Assembly: GCA_017499595.2 (NCBI GenBank)
Contig: CM039003.1
Location: forward strand, 310,001-374,000
Direction: 5' to 3'
Origin: Psilocybe cubensis
Lineage: Eukaryota
DNA: 64,000 nucleotides
The position numbers and the translations under genes are program-made. Below the pieces are notes generated by a model. The model made no database searches, was not told the origin of the DNA, and was given only the letters and a program-made list of their open reading frames with translations. Shown here one piece after another: positions 37,801 to 50,577 of the stretch (positions within the stretch are counted from its first letter, which is position 1; every line of letters starts with the position of its first letter).

Positions 37801-40800
37801 CCCCTGCCACTTCTGTCGTCGACACAGCCATCGAGTTATTCGCCAAACTTTTGCCCCTCCAAGACCTCTCTTCAACCGTCAAGGTTGTCACACAACTCCT
37901 GGAATCGGTTAGATCGCCCAAGTTGGAAAGAAACGCTGGCCGGAAATCCGCCGTGTTTATTAATGCCACGGTTGCTCTTGTCCTTGCCTTGCGTCAAGCA
38001 ACGACCTCGCACTTCCGTCAAGCTAAAGAGACGTTTGGACAGAGTCAAATCACTTCCTTGCTATCACCTTTCCTGTTGGTGAGTAACCGCTCTTCCTGTA
38101 ATGCTGGTCGATCCTTAAACATTTTTGCAGGAAGCTGTCATTGACGGCGACCTCGTTCTTCGATCCGCTGGCAGCGAATCTCTTGGGCGGTTAGCCAGTT
38201 TGTCTGGCACAAATTATCTGACGAATGCGATCAAAAACCTTGTCGACCAAGTAGTCAACAATCGAAATCCCAGCGGACGAGCTGGATGTGCATTAGCATT
38301 TGGCTCCATCTACAGTCACGTTGGAGGACTTGCCGCCGGTCCATTGCTGAAAACTACGGTCAATGTCCTCATGTCGCTGATCAATGACCCTCATCCTGTT
38401 GTCCACTTTTGGTCTTTGAATGCCCTTGCGCGCGTCATCAATGCCGCCAGTTTGGCGTATGCCCCTTTCGTCTCAAGCACCCTTGGCATGCTACTCAAAG
38501 TATATCTTACGGAATCGCATGAAAAGGAGGGAGGGTCTCTTTCCAACTCGAATATCAGTGGCGACCTCCCTGCGTACCCAATTGTCTGCCAGATCATCGA
38601 TTCCGTCATCACGGTTCTCGGTCCCGATATCCAAGAATCTTCCAGGACAAGGGCACTGGTGCAAAGCCTTGTCCATGAATTCTCTCTGGAGGATGACGAG
38701 GGTATATGTGTTGAAGCAATCAAATGCATCCAACATTTCCTCATGTTTGCCCCTGAACACACTGACATTCCTAACCTTGTCAAACAATTCAGGGGTCATT
38801 TGTCATCGTCACGCCGGCCCCTAAAGCTTGCTTCAATCAATGCACTGTATCAACTTGTGCAGAAAGATGCTCTATCTATGTCGAAACTTGGAGGAGATCG
38901 ATTAGTCGAAGATTTGTTCGGGATGTTGGATGACGACTCGTCAGTACAGGGTGTGCGTAATGTGATTTCAAGTTGGCTGCAGCAGACTGTCATCTATAAC
39001 CCATCAGCGTGGATCGACCTCTGTCAGCGTATTATGGCTCGTACAACTGCCTCACAGCAAGTCGCTGACGCCGCTAGTCGCCAGAACATGCGAGACGATG
39101 AAGGCGAGTCTCTCAATGTCGGCTTGTCCCAAGATTCGAAGGCTGGTGGTCGAGGTCACCTGACCTCTCGGTGGAGGACACAGTTATTCGCCCTTCAGTG
39201 TCTACATGACATCTGTGTCACTGTTTCTAGCAGCGGAAGGCGCGAGCATCTTAATGCAATCTTTGCACGAAACCAGAACATCCCTACATCTGGCTTGCTT
39301 TTCTCGAGAGTGAGCGATTTGATCAAGATGGCATTTACCGCTTCTACTGCATATGTCACCGAGATCCGTTTAGCTGGACTAGTCATGTTGCGAGACGTTA
39401 TCGAGGCGAGTTTATGCATTTGTCGCTTGGTCAGAATGCTAAGTTTTAAATGCCATAGATTTTCGCAGCCTCGCCAGACCCGGCATATGACGATGCACTC
39501 CTTCTCGAACAACATCAAGCACCAATCACGGCCGCCCTTACACCCGCGTTTTCATCTGATTCCACCCCCGAAATTTTGGCGTCTGCTGTTGACGTTTGCG
39601 CTGTTTTCGTAGGGTGCGGTGTTGTGAAGGATGTTAGTAGAATGGGTCGTATTTTGAAACTCTTAATTACAGGCTTAGAACAATCTAAAGGCGAGTGATT
39701 GCTTACTTTTTTTCTGCTTTTAAATTGACTGTTTGCTTCAGATTCCGGCATGCTTTCACTTGGAGACGCTGGTGAACTAAGCCCAAACGCATCGGCGATG
39801 TTGAGAATCTCGACCTTATCGGCATGGGCGCAGCTACAGGTCTCGAGCACACAACAAAGTTACCTGGAGAATGTGGTCAAGCCTTATCGTTCAACTCTTT
39901 GCTCGTTGTGGATTGCATCCCTTCGGGATTATGCAAGCATCAGAATCGACTCGGAATTTCTACATGACACATCCTCGGTCGTTGATTCTTCCTACTCAAG
40001 TCTCGGAAAAGAGGTGTTACTTCCTGTAGGATGATATCTTCTACACATCATCTGTTCATCAAGTCACTCATTATATTTTTAATAGTATTACTCAAGATCC
40101 TGGTCCATTATCCTGCAAGCTGTTGCAACTGCCATGCAGGCAGGTGATCCCCACATCTTAGCCGCTATGGACGGAAGAGAGTACGATGAAAAGAAGGTTG
40201 ATTTAATTACCTCCACGGACAGGAAGGAACCTACTGCTTTCTTCTTTGTTGTATTTGGCCTCGTTTACGAAGCCTTGGCCACGTCGTCGGCGGATTCTTC
40301 TTCAACTACACCAGCCAGGCAACTTGGCGTCATTTCAGCCCTCCAAGCCCTGAAATGCCTTGTCAAGCCCGAGTACTCCGGTGCTGCAATCATGGAACCC
40401 ACAATTTTCGAAGAGTTCATTAGTCTTTGCTATCGGATGGGAATGACTGAAGCAGCTGCGGTTCAAATCCATCTAGTCGAAATGCTTGCCGTTTTTGCAG
40501 CTTCGCAGTCATCGACAACTCCAGGATCCGATGTCCTCTCGCTCACTTCGCCTCGTGTGCATTGCCTGCGGATATGTGCTCACATTCTGAAACAATCGAC
40601 ATCGCTCTCCCGTGCCAGTGCCGCACGTAAGTCCGCTGTCTTATGTTTGACCAACAATTCCCTGATCATATGACAGAGAGTCAAGTTGCCGATCGGATTG
40701 CTCTATTGTCTACTTGCCTATCAGCATTCACATCCATCGCTGCTTCTATCACCTCCTCACAAAGGGAGGATGTCCGTGGCGTGGCCTCTCTACTATACAA

Positions 40801-41850
40801 CGGTAAAAAATTTGCCCTCTTAAATCTCAGCATTCATTGACATCATCTCAAAGACCTATTGAAGGATGAGTCTTCTGAGCTGGACTTGGTGGGACCAACC
40901 CTTCCGGCTCTTAAAGGTCTTCTTGATCTTCCTGTCGGAAATGACCCCGAAGACAAAGATAGATATTCAAAACTTGTTCATTCTCTGCTATCTGCTTGTC
41001 TTCACAACATTGATAATATGCGGTTAGTCTGCCACTAAACATACTCGAAATACACAAGTACTGAAGTTTGATTTAGTGGCCGGCATGGGGCGATCTCAAC
41101 AAAAAAAGTGAAGAATAATATGTTAGCGGCCGTTCTTATCTTAACCGTTATTCCCTCATGGGCAAAAGTTGGTGGTGCTGTCGTTGAGCATGGATGCTAC
41201 TTGATTTCTCAAAAACTTCTCGACGCCGACGAGGCAAGGCATTCCAATTTGTATTGTCATGTGTTATACTCACTGCACTTCTCTAGATGTCTTTGACAGC
41301 GGCCCATTGTGCGAAAACACTTATACTGGCGTCATCGTCGGGAAATGGGATGCTTCTTCAATGCGCACGACTTCTTATTCCGGGTCTAATCGAGTTCATT
41401 GCCAAAATGGCTCCATTGGTTCACGATGGTTCGCTCTCTGATTCTCAGTCAGCTGCCATAAGTGAAGTATGGAAAGCATTTGCGACGTTGTTCACATCGA
41501 CGGCTGAAGATAATCGTGGGCATCTATTTGCATTGTTGCCGGCTCTAATTTACTTATTTCCTTTTACCCCAGGTCCACGTTTACTCGGAGTATTCTTACC
41601 GACCATTTCCCTCGTTCTGGCAAACACGCCCCCTCCGCAGCCAATCGCAGCTTCAATAACCACGCAGACAATTTCACAATTGCTGTCATTTGCGACAACG
41701 TCACCCCTGGCGTTCAAAGAAGCCCTGGGAAAGATGGATGTCTCTACACGTGAACTTCTCGAGCAATGTATTCGTCGCGCTGTCGGTAATTCCTCAACTG
41801 GCAGCTCGCAGCCCGCGGCCAAACCACAGATATCTCTGAGATCATTTTAA
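34893..41850 (+). CDS. LAA1: HEATR5/Laa1/Sip1-like AP-1 accessory HEAT-repeat protein (multi-exon)
   Basis: Motifs FVRPHLPQLLVLWRNALPK, GRAGCALAFGSIYSHVGG, RWRTQLFALQC, DLIKMAFTAST and LLEQHQAPITAALTPAF, with a C-terminal KPQISLRSF*. Confidence 0.88.
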
Positions 41851-42148
41851 ATTTTCATTTGATATTGTACTTCTAATATAATCCTCATCCAAGGATGCTT
41901 CTTTTCATCTCGTTTCTGTGTAGCGATGTCGCACTGTATATGAAACCTTAAAAAGGTCCAATATCAAGGCTTGCATCACAATCGCGACTCCTGCTTAGGA
42001 GTCCCCAACTTCTACTTAAGGTTACCGGTATTCACTTGCTGGTAGACATGATCCGTCGGATCATCCCGATTTCAATCTCCTCCGGAGATTGTTAAATTGA
42101 TCATGAGTCCACGCAGTGCCCACTCTTGCACTTCAACCACCAACCACC

Positions 42149-43466
42149 ATGAGTTTTCCTACAAGATATGAGGTTTGTTATTCCTCAGGCTTGCTCATTA
42201 TTCTAAACGGCGAACGGGGTTTTATAGTCTGTCCCCGGATTCTTTGTTCAAGACGATGCACATGCAATCGCAGTAGCGGTGAGGAACTTGGGCTTGCTTG
42301 CCCAGGCAATGATGTTTTATCTAATTAAATTGTTGTCGCTATCAGGTTCCACCGCGTCTTGGCTTGAAAGATGCTTCAGATGATCGATGGCCTAAATTTC
42401 TGGCACTGGTTGAAAAGCTAAACGCCGAAAGCCCTCCTGATGTCTCGTACAAGTTCTTCTTGCTTATTCGTCACGGGCAAGGATATCGTACGCTGCAACA
42501 TGTTTGCCACTAAAACTCGTGTTCTGACGCCTTTCACCTAGATAATGTGGGAGAGGCAAAGTACGGTAGCGTAGACTGGGATCTGTAAGTTCAGTCGCGT
42601 GCTACGACAACTGCGCGCGTGCTCAACCCCTGAACTACAGAAACTGGTCGAGGATCAACGGGGACGATGAAATGACCTGGGGACGTCAGTGCTTTCCATG
42701 ATTAAGATCATGGCTGCGTCTGAACATATTTCTCTTTTTGATATTATATAGCCGATCCCCTCCTGACGCCTCTTGGAAAACAACAGGCGGCTGATGTGCA
42801 AAGAGAAATGGTCCTCGAGGCAGCTGCAGGGTTGCCTCCCCCCCATAAACGTTATTGCAGCCCATTCTCACGCGCACTGGATACTTGTGACATAGCCTTC
42901 GCGGGGGTCTACGAGGAACACCCATACCCCGTCCTTGTCGTCGAGGTAGGCGAATCGAGTTGTATAAATATAGATATAGAATCACCAGCTAATAATGGAA
43001 TGTGTAGGATTGCAGGGAGGAAAATGGTGTTCACACCTGTGACAAACGCAACACGCGCTCATATATAGCCAACTATAAACCCCATTTCTTGATAGAAGAG
43101 GGTCTTACAGAGTTGGATGACCTTTGGGACCCCAACGTGCGTGAAACCAAAGAGGAGGTTTCGCTGCGCGCACGGTCAATTATAGATAGGGTCTTTGCGA
43201 ATGATACTGAATCCTACTGTCAGTATTTATCTTTCATTTCTCATGCTTTGCTGAAGGCTGCTTGGCAGACATCTCGATTACATCTCACAGTGGTTTCATC
43301 ACTGGATTTTTGCAGGCAATAGGGCGCGAGCGGTATCCGCTCCCAACTGGAGGTATAGTCCTCACTGCAGCATCCAATGTCTCCGGCGCTAATACCCTCA
43401 ACTCTTCTTCTACTAACAGGGGTCATACCCGTTCTGGTTAAGAGAACTCAACTTTCTTCCTCTTGA
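42149..43466 (+). CDS. Histidine phosphatase / phosphoglycerate mutase-like protein (PMU1-like), multi-exon
   Basis: YKFFLLIRHGQGYH-NVGEAKYG, DPLLTPLGKQQA, YCSPFSRALDT, CREENGVHTCDKR and ITSHSG. Confidence 0.85.
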
Positions 43467-44402
43467 TGGGCGTCAGTTGCCCGAAGGCGATGACGTAAGG
43501 TGTCGGACTCTGATAAGATACAGTAATTTTTCCATACACGCACTTTGACACGCACACGGTTCTTAAATGAAGCATTTGATTTTGATTGAGTGATGGGGCA
43601 CTTGACGTAGTATTTACTGAGATTATCCCTTTTGTTGGTACCGCGTAGAACTGCCTATTTGTCTCAAAATGCGTTACTGAAAGAAATACCTGACCCCTGT
43701 GAGCTTCTGCTGGAGCTAAGCTCAGTAGAAGCACTCCAGTGAAAGCCACTGAATTCGTACTGCCTCAGAGTACAATTGTTTACTATGCCAGATGAATGGG
43801 ACTATCATTATACAAAGTAAAAAGTTCATCAAATTGTCAAGACAAAGAATAATAATAATATATTTACAGGGTATGCCCAATAAAACAACCAAGATGCCCA
43901 AAGGGGTGGAAGATCGTGTATCCAACCACCAGAAAAAGAAATGGTAGTAACGACAATACTATAATTGAAGGACTAGGGGTATGGATAGCAGGGGAGTACA
44001 ATAAAATAAATGAACCACGAAAAAGGAGTGAAAGTTAAAAATAACAACAAGAAGGGAATAAACTGAGCATACAATTCACAGACTCGGAATAGTCCAAACG
44101 AGGGGAAATGATTAAGAGAATGATATCTTCACAGGAATGGGTAAACCTATCGGATCAAAAGAGCGTCGAAAATCCGAGAAATAACAAGAAAAGGGGATAT
44201 TGTACCAGGGGGGCGCGTAGACCAAATTAGCGCCTAAAAAGCGTGACAAGAAAAATGGGGACAATGAAACGGAGGTGGGCTTCCTGACATCATCAGTGAC
44301 GTGCGATTGGAGACATTAGGGGGCTTTTCCATTGGCATTCGTGGTCGTCGGAGACGACGACGAGCAAATGGGTTCCGTTGTCTTGCGGCCGTCGTCTGTC
44401 GT

Positions 44403-45005
44403 TCAACTCGTGAAACGCCTGGTCATTCCGGGTCTTACGGCGGTTCCGAGAGAACTCTCCCAGTCTTGAAGGGCCCGCACAAAGCCTGAGTTAGGTTTGA
44501 TACAGGCACGCTTTTTGAGGACGAAAGAATGGGCATTCGAGTAGGACATGTGGTGCACGCGCATTAGATACGCTATGATGATGGCAGGTGAGCGGGAAAT
44601 TCCCTGTAATAACGCGTTCAGCGAGTGCTTAATCACGCCTAACCACAAAGACAGCAAGCTTACCTGTTGACAGTGTACAAGGACGCTCCGCCCTTGAGCT
44701 AACGCCCTCGCAATCCACGCGCACACCGCCTCGAGGTATGGCCGTAAATCCACGCTGCCTTCGTCCTGGATCGGGATTTTGTAGCATTCGAAACCATCCT
44801 TCTCGGATACGGGGAGCCAGGGGACATCGAGGACCTGTACCAAGTGTGTGATATTGTGCTGGCGTAGCAAAGACGTATCCTGGATTGCCGAGAGTGATCC
44901 GAGGTACAGCGATCCTGGGCTCTGGTTGGTCGGCGGGAGTATGTTGTGCATAGGGGTGCACATCGCCTGCATCACCTCGGGGGGAAGATTGTCGAACCTG
45001 ATCAT
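44403..45005 (-). CDS. Atypical dual-specificity protein phosphatase
   Basis: LYLGSL, ITHLVQV, active site VLVHCQQ|GISRS (restored by removing the intron at ~44606-44663), AYLM and IKPNSGFVRAL. Confidence 0.9.
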   Translation of the reverse strand: MIRFDNLPPEVMQAMCTPMHNILPPTNQSPGSLYLGSLSAIQDTSLLRQHNITHLVQVLDVPWLPVSEKDGFECYKIPIQDEGSVDLRPYLEAVCAWIARALAQGRSVLVHCQQVSLLSLWLGVIKHSLNALLQGISRSPAIIIAYLMRVHHMSYSNAHSFVLKKRACIKPNSGFVRALQDWESSLGTAVRPGMTRRFTS

Positions 45006-45950
45006 CGTTGTGGATGACTAGCAGAGGAGATGGACGTCGTACACAGCGTCAGTGATCGACAAACCCTCTTGGACAATATGTATTGCCGTACCTTAGTTGG
45101 AGCACAGAAATTTGAAAAAACAAGTTGATCGCGTGCTTTGATCGAGATTCAAATGGGCAACCTGCAAGACGTGGAAGCACGTTCTATGAGGGTACCTGTG
45201 AGGGGAGAGCTGGAGGGGGCGCTGGAACTCTCAAGTGCGTAGAGCTGCTGAAAAAATAAGAAAAGAGATGGGTTATATACACAAAATTTCCGCTGTTGAC
45301 GTTGACAAACTCCGAGACGCGTCCGCGTCCCGTGTAATAAAGATAAAGTTCGAAAGTTGCAGTATCAGGATCGAATCAAGAATATGCGATGTATCTCGTT
45401 GTTTTTGGATTTGTTCAGCTTCTCCAAGCAAAGCTTGAGAGTCTAGGCTTCTAGAAATCCAGGAAAGATCGCTCCTGTCCAGTGCGTCTGTCATGGAGTC
45501 ATGAATAATCAAAGTCCCGGCCTGTCTTTACCCTTTAAAAAAATCTGTACAAGATGTAAGGATCAGAAAGTAGGCTTGAAACAGATATCGTTGTTTTCTT
45601 ACAACTCTAAGTATAGCCTTCCAATGATTCCTATCTGTCTATCTTGCCATCTAACAGGAACTCGAAAGTCTGGACCTGACATGTGCCTTAGAACCATTTA
45701 ACGTAATCATTAATTGTGAGCCACCAATTGGAACGCGACTGCGCTGCCGATATCCGCTGTCCAACCAATGTGGAATGTATGAGAATGTATGTCGTGTCAG
45801 AGTCACTCGTCAAGCATTGATTTATCCATTAAACTTGTGAAGATCGCCCGGGTAAACGCGCAATTGCCACATAATTTCTGTGATTCGTCATAACCATATA
45901 TCATGACGGACGCGACTTTTGCCGCGTTAGGTACAAAGGATTGACTCTGC

Positions 45951-46237
45951 TATGATGTAGACTTTCCAACAATGCCAGGGATTATTCTGTTCAGAAATCC
46001 CAGGGGTTTCTGAATAGTCCTCGATGCAACATTCAATACCCATTCAGTGCATTTTTAAGCAATCTAATGATTACTACACGAAGAGATATCATACAGAATT
46101 TCCAAGGTTTTTACTTTTTTAATTTGCTACTTTTTGCCTGTTTCGAGCCAAGTTACACCTACGTTGGGGTTTCTATGGGGTTTCTGCGGTTTCTGATTAG
46201 TTTAATACAACCTGGTATGATGTAGACTTTCCAACAA
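45951..46237. mobile_element. Possible MITE remnant bounded by 22-bp direct repeats
   Basis: tatgatgtagactttccaacaa at 45951-45972 and 46216-46237. The interior starts near CCAGG (45975) and ends CCTGG (46215), with imperfect inverted ends. Confidence 0.5.
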
Positions 46238-49200
46238 CGCACTCCTCGCACAGTGTAATGTATACTTTGCATCGATGCAAGTCAGGCACTGTCAAAGTTG
46301 CAGAGATAGAAAGTTTATGATGACTTCTTATTTTAATCCTTTTTTCTCCTTCATCAAGTGTATTGAATAGAATTTCCTACGCAAAAATAGAAATAATCCG
46401 CCCTCTCCACATCATCTTCTGAGATCAGGAGTTTGCTTGTACTCTCGGTTCTTCTCTCTGTAAATCAAGCGTGAACCTCGTGTACCCATCTCGGAAATTA
46501 ATTTCGGAGAACCTCCCATCCTTTCTTCTTCTTTCGTTACTTTGCAAATACAATACGTGCGCTTAAATCGTCTATATTCTTCGCGTAAATTCTCAGAAAT
46601 CCAACAGAAATCCATTGTGTAGTGCCAGAGCGTAACCGGCAGTTTATTCCATTAATTTCTCTGTCACTGGATATGGCGAAAAAAATTTCCCGGCTACGTA
46701 CCTGTTATCGACGGGTGCGCCACCAGGGCATAAAGCACGAGTCTCCCTGCATGGTCTAGAATTACTTGATCGAGGACCCTTGTCCCTCCTCCGAGAATTT
46801 TGTGGGGTCGGTAGATTCCTTGGCATCCAGGGAAGTGCGCTATGTTTAGTAAGTGCTTCCTACAAACCCCATTGGCTGCTCGACGAGGACGTTATGGGAC
46901 ATTATGACGAATATGGTTAGTTCTGTGGAGTGGGAACGCCAACAAGATGCTTGATATTCAGCACTGACGAGCAGATAGATAATCAGAGTGCCGGGGCCTG
47001 GGCCTGGAAGACGTCTAGTTTAATTGAGATACTTTTGATAAGCTGTGTCAGTCGTCTTGACCAAGGAGAACCCCTCAGCGAGGCACCAATTCATACGGGC
47101 GCTTGTGGGGTTTATAACGGGCGGCATCAGTAAAGAGCCTGTATTCGGGAACCCGGACCTGCTTTGCCGGTTGTTGGTAAGTATACGACCCTCTGAAGGC
47201 CAGGTAGGAGTGGGTCGGGATAATAGGGCTGACCTTGCTTGCAATTTTCTTGGATCCGGAGCATATAAAAAGACAGGGAAATAGTTGTAGAGAAATATCA
47301 AACTCTTTTAGACAAATAATAATAACTACATTTCACTTCTAGGATTTCACGAGAAAAAATGCTTGATATTAAAAGGCCGATTAAAGGCAGGTCAAGCCCC
47401 ACTGAGCTCAATCAGTCAGATTTTTCCAATCAGAACAAGGCCCCAATGGAAAGTATCTCATGAGACCGAATCATGCGCGGCCACCGCTTCTTCTGTTCTG
47501 CTTGTCAATATATCCGACGTGAGACACTCTCCATCGATGATCGTATGTGCGGCAGAGAAAACACTGATATCCATGGTGTAGTAATTTTCTTACAAAGTTG
47601 TGAAACACCGGCGTGTCCAAACGCCTTTTGCACACCTCCGCATCCCGCATTATATCCCCTCTCTGAATCTGACATACCGCTGCGGACAACAGCGTGAGTA
47701 TAGCGGGGAGTTGGTTCCTCTGAACCGATAATTATTGCGCCAATTTAATGGAAAGTGATCCGGGGTACAGTATATATCATGATTCATGATGCTCTTACCG
47801 AGAAGAAGGGTCGAATCAAGAAGCACCGCCGAAAGAACCGTGTCAGCGATGGTTTTATTTTTCCTTGATGGGCACACGTCTGTCATACACTAGCTAACCA
47901 TAAACACGAAATCAGAGAGCCTATTAATTAATTTACGATAGTAGAAGTGCTGTTGTTGGAATAATGACCAGTTCCTGTTTAAAGATCGGCGCACGGTGCA
48001 TGGGCTTGTTGACATTGACTTCGTGTGCTTAACACCCTATTGTCCTCAATATATCCAAAACACCTATCGGAACGCTTTCAAGTACAAGAGGAACTCTGGA
48101 GAGGGAAATGTCTGATCGACCTGAGGCTTCCAGCTTGATGTCGCATGTCTCTCTGTCTTTGACATTCAAAAGTAAATGATTGATGGAAGGGTCAATGTAG
48201 TGGATAAACGTCGAATTAGTACTCTCGATTGTGATCCATGGATCGTGTACGTGACAAGAGCGTTAATATACTCAACAAAACGCTTACTCGGTTCCTGTGC
48301 TAAGCAAGGGCCTCCGGAGTGTTAGGTGCCCGTCTTCCACCCAGTTTAAAGAAGCGGTCGGCTCTCACCGTTTGTGGACTGTAAGAATTGCATACCCTTG
48401 CACTCCTTTGATTGGGATGAGCTGATAAGCATCAACTTCAGAGAATCCGCTATGGTTTGGCGACTTTAACCGAGTCGTAGAGCGTACCTTGTGCAAGTAC
48501 ATTCCGATATGTTTTGACACATATGACGTGTTTAGCCCTTGACAGGCGGGACTCGGCTTCCTAAATGAACCAGTGCGTGGCTGATTGATCCGAAGGTATT
48601 GCTCCCTTTACTCATAAATTATAATTACATGCGCCACCGTCACGTATGGTTTCTGTGCTGAAGCGCGACACACCCGGATTTCTCTCAGAACCTTCAATGC
48701 TCACATCTGTTTACTGGCGGTCAAGGAACATGCCATATTATATGATCTGAACATTACAATACACTTGATTGATCGTTCGACGTTTTGATGTGTTTGTTTC
48801 GAATTATATCGAGTGCAAAGAGCAACTTGCGAGGAGAAGACTCTGGTTTTAGTCGAAGCACAGTGGCATTATTGCCTTTCTTCTTATGTTAGAAATTTTG
48901 AGAAAGACATGTTAATATATTGTTGGCATCCTGATGAAGCATAGTTTTTTGATCCTTCGATGAGTTTTCACCGAGAAAGCTGTGTCAGTACAATTGGCCA
49001 AATCAGTCTTTAAGACAGTGTAGAGTTTTCTATGTCTTTGAGTGCTCTACAATAAATTGAGGTGCTTCTGTGACATATGTTTAAGTTTCAGGCCCATAAA
49101 CGTTATTTAAGGAGCGAAAGGATAACGGAAAAAGAAAAAAGGAAAGAGGAAGCGTGAAATGACATGTTCGGCAGCATATTATAATTAAAACGGAGCTTAA

Positions 49201-49362
49201 AGTGTATTAGAATAGTAATCATCACGTGGTAGTAGCAGTGCAACACTTTTTCAATTCATTGACTTTTTTCCAACTTATTTTTTTTCTGCGAATTAAGGAT
49301 CCTGGATTTAGCGGAAAAGTGGTAGGAGTTTGTGTATCTGTCATTTCCTGTGCTCAAGCCCT

Positions 49363-49925
49363 TCAAAGCGAATGCATACTCGTTGACGGTCCAAACGGAT
49401 CCCTTGACACGGACAATTTCGTACAATCTGGAACACCGCAAGTCTTCCGGCGATTGATCTGACGCCTTTTCGATTTCTGGTGTTTCACCCGACTAACTAA
49501 AACGAATATCAGTCAGATTATATCGCATTTTGAGTAATTTAGGGTTGCATACCAGGTTTGGGCTCTCCCTCTCCATCAACAAGGTTCAACTTGTGGATTA
49601 TTCTCTCCCTCGTTAAACTTTCCCCACACATACATGGGCACTTGAACCTCTTAGCAAACGGCGTACACAACATCAGAACGTCGAGCCTGGTCTGCATCAA
49701 ATCCCTGTTGATTGAAGTAACGTGGTCGGCTAATGGTGAACCTGCCCTCTCTCCAGAAGCTGGATATTTGCCCATGGCGCGTTCCAGAAACTTTGGTGCT
49801 TCTTTCTCCTTGTTGGCTTTTGGAAGCCGAGAGATATCGGTGTATTCGCGCAGGACGTTGAAGTAGTCGGGAGTCTGCTTACATATAAGCACGTTGGTGA
49901 TGGCTTGCTCGAGGTTGCTGAGCAT
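49363..49925 (-). CDS. Small hypothetical protein (2 exons)
   Basis: A 128-codon ORF with a GTATG donor near 49551 splices in frame to an exon ending at TGA 49363. A TATAAAG lies ~70 bp upstream. Confidence 0.5.
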
Positions 49926-50577
49926 GGCGGTAATAGATTGTGACTGAAAATTAAAAGTGGGTTTGAAGAGAGGTTACTAGGAGCTGCTGTCTTTATATGC
50001 CCACTGGACTCAGCGTGAGTTAATGATGTTAACTGTCGTGTCTTTGAATCTATTTATTTGAAAGTGGGTTGAAAGAGAATCATGGGCGCAGCACAAACGC
50101 ATAGTACTCGGCGTACGGCCACGAGGCTGAATATGCTCAAGATATAGACTTGGCTGAAAACATCCGGGAGATTCTACCGACATCTATAACCTTCTAGAAC
50201 TATACCGAACCTTCACAATAAGTGGTAGACAAGAAGACATTTTGGTTGATCATGACGGAGCTGATGAGTCCGTGCAAAGATTAGTATGAGGCCGGTATGA
50301 AGCTGCAATTATTAATTCAACCAGATTTCTCAATTTAATCTCGGTTAAGGCAGGTTAATAGCGTATCATTATGCCGTCTTTCACTAGTCTTTCATCCTTT
50401 TTCTTTAAACCATTGGCAATTTCTTTGTGGTGCGTAATGATTGAAATTTAACTTCAAGCGGCGATTAAAAATAAGAAGCATGATCCGAGACTTTTCTACA
50501 AAGACGATACACCTATTATGCATGCTACTTAACATTGACGGCTTGAAGCCAGTGCACGGCTGTCATATAGATGCTTC

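Noticed and set aside
46300-49300. Genes in the long intergenic stretch
   Set aside because: Only short ORFs without motifs. Tentative minus-strand exons near 48.0-48.5 kb did not give a convincing product.
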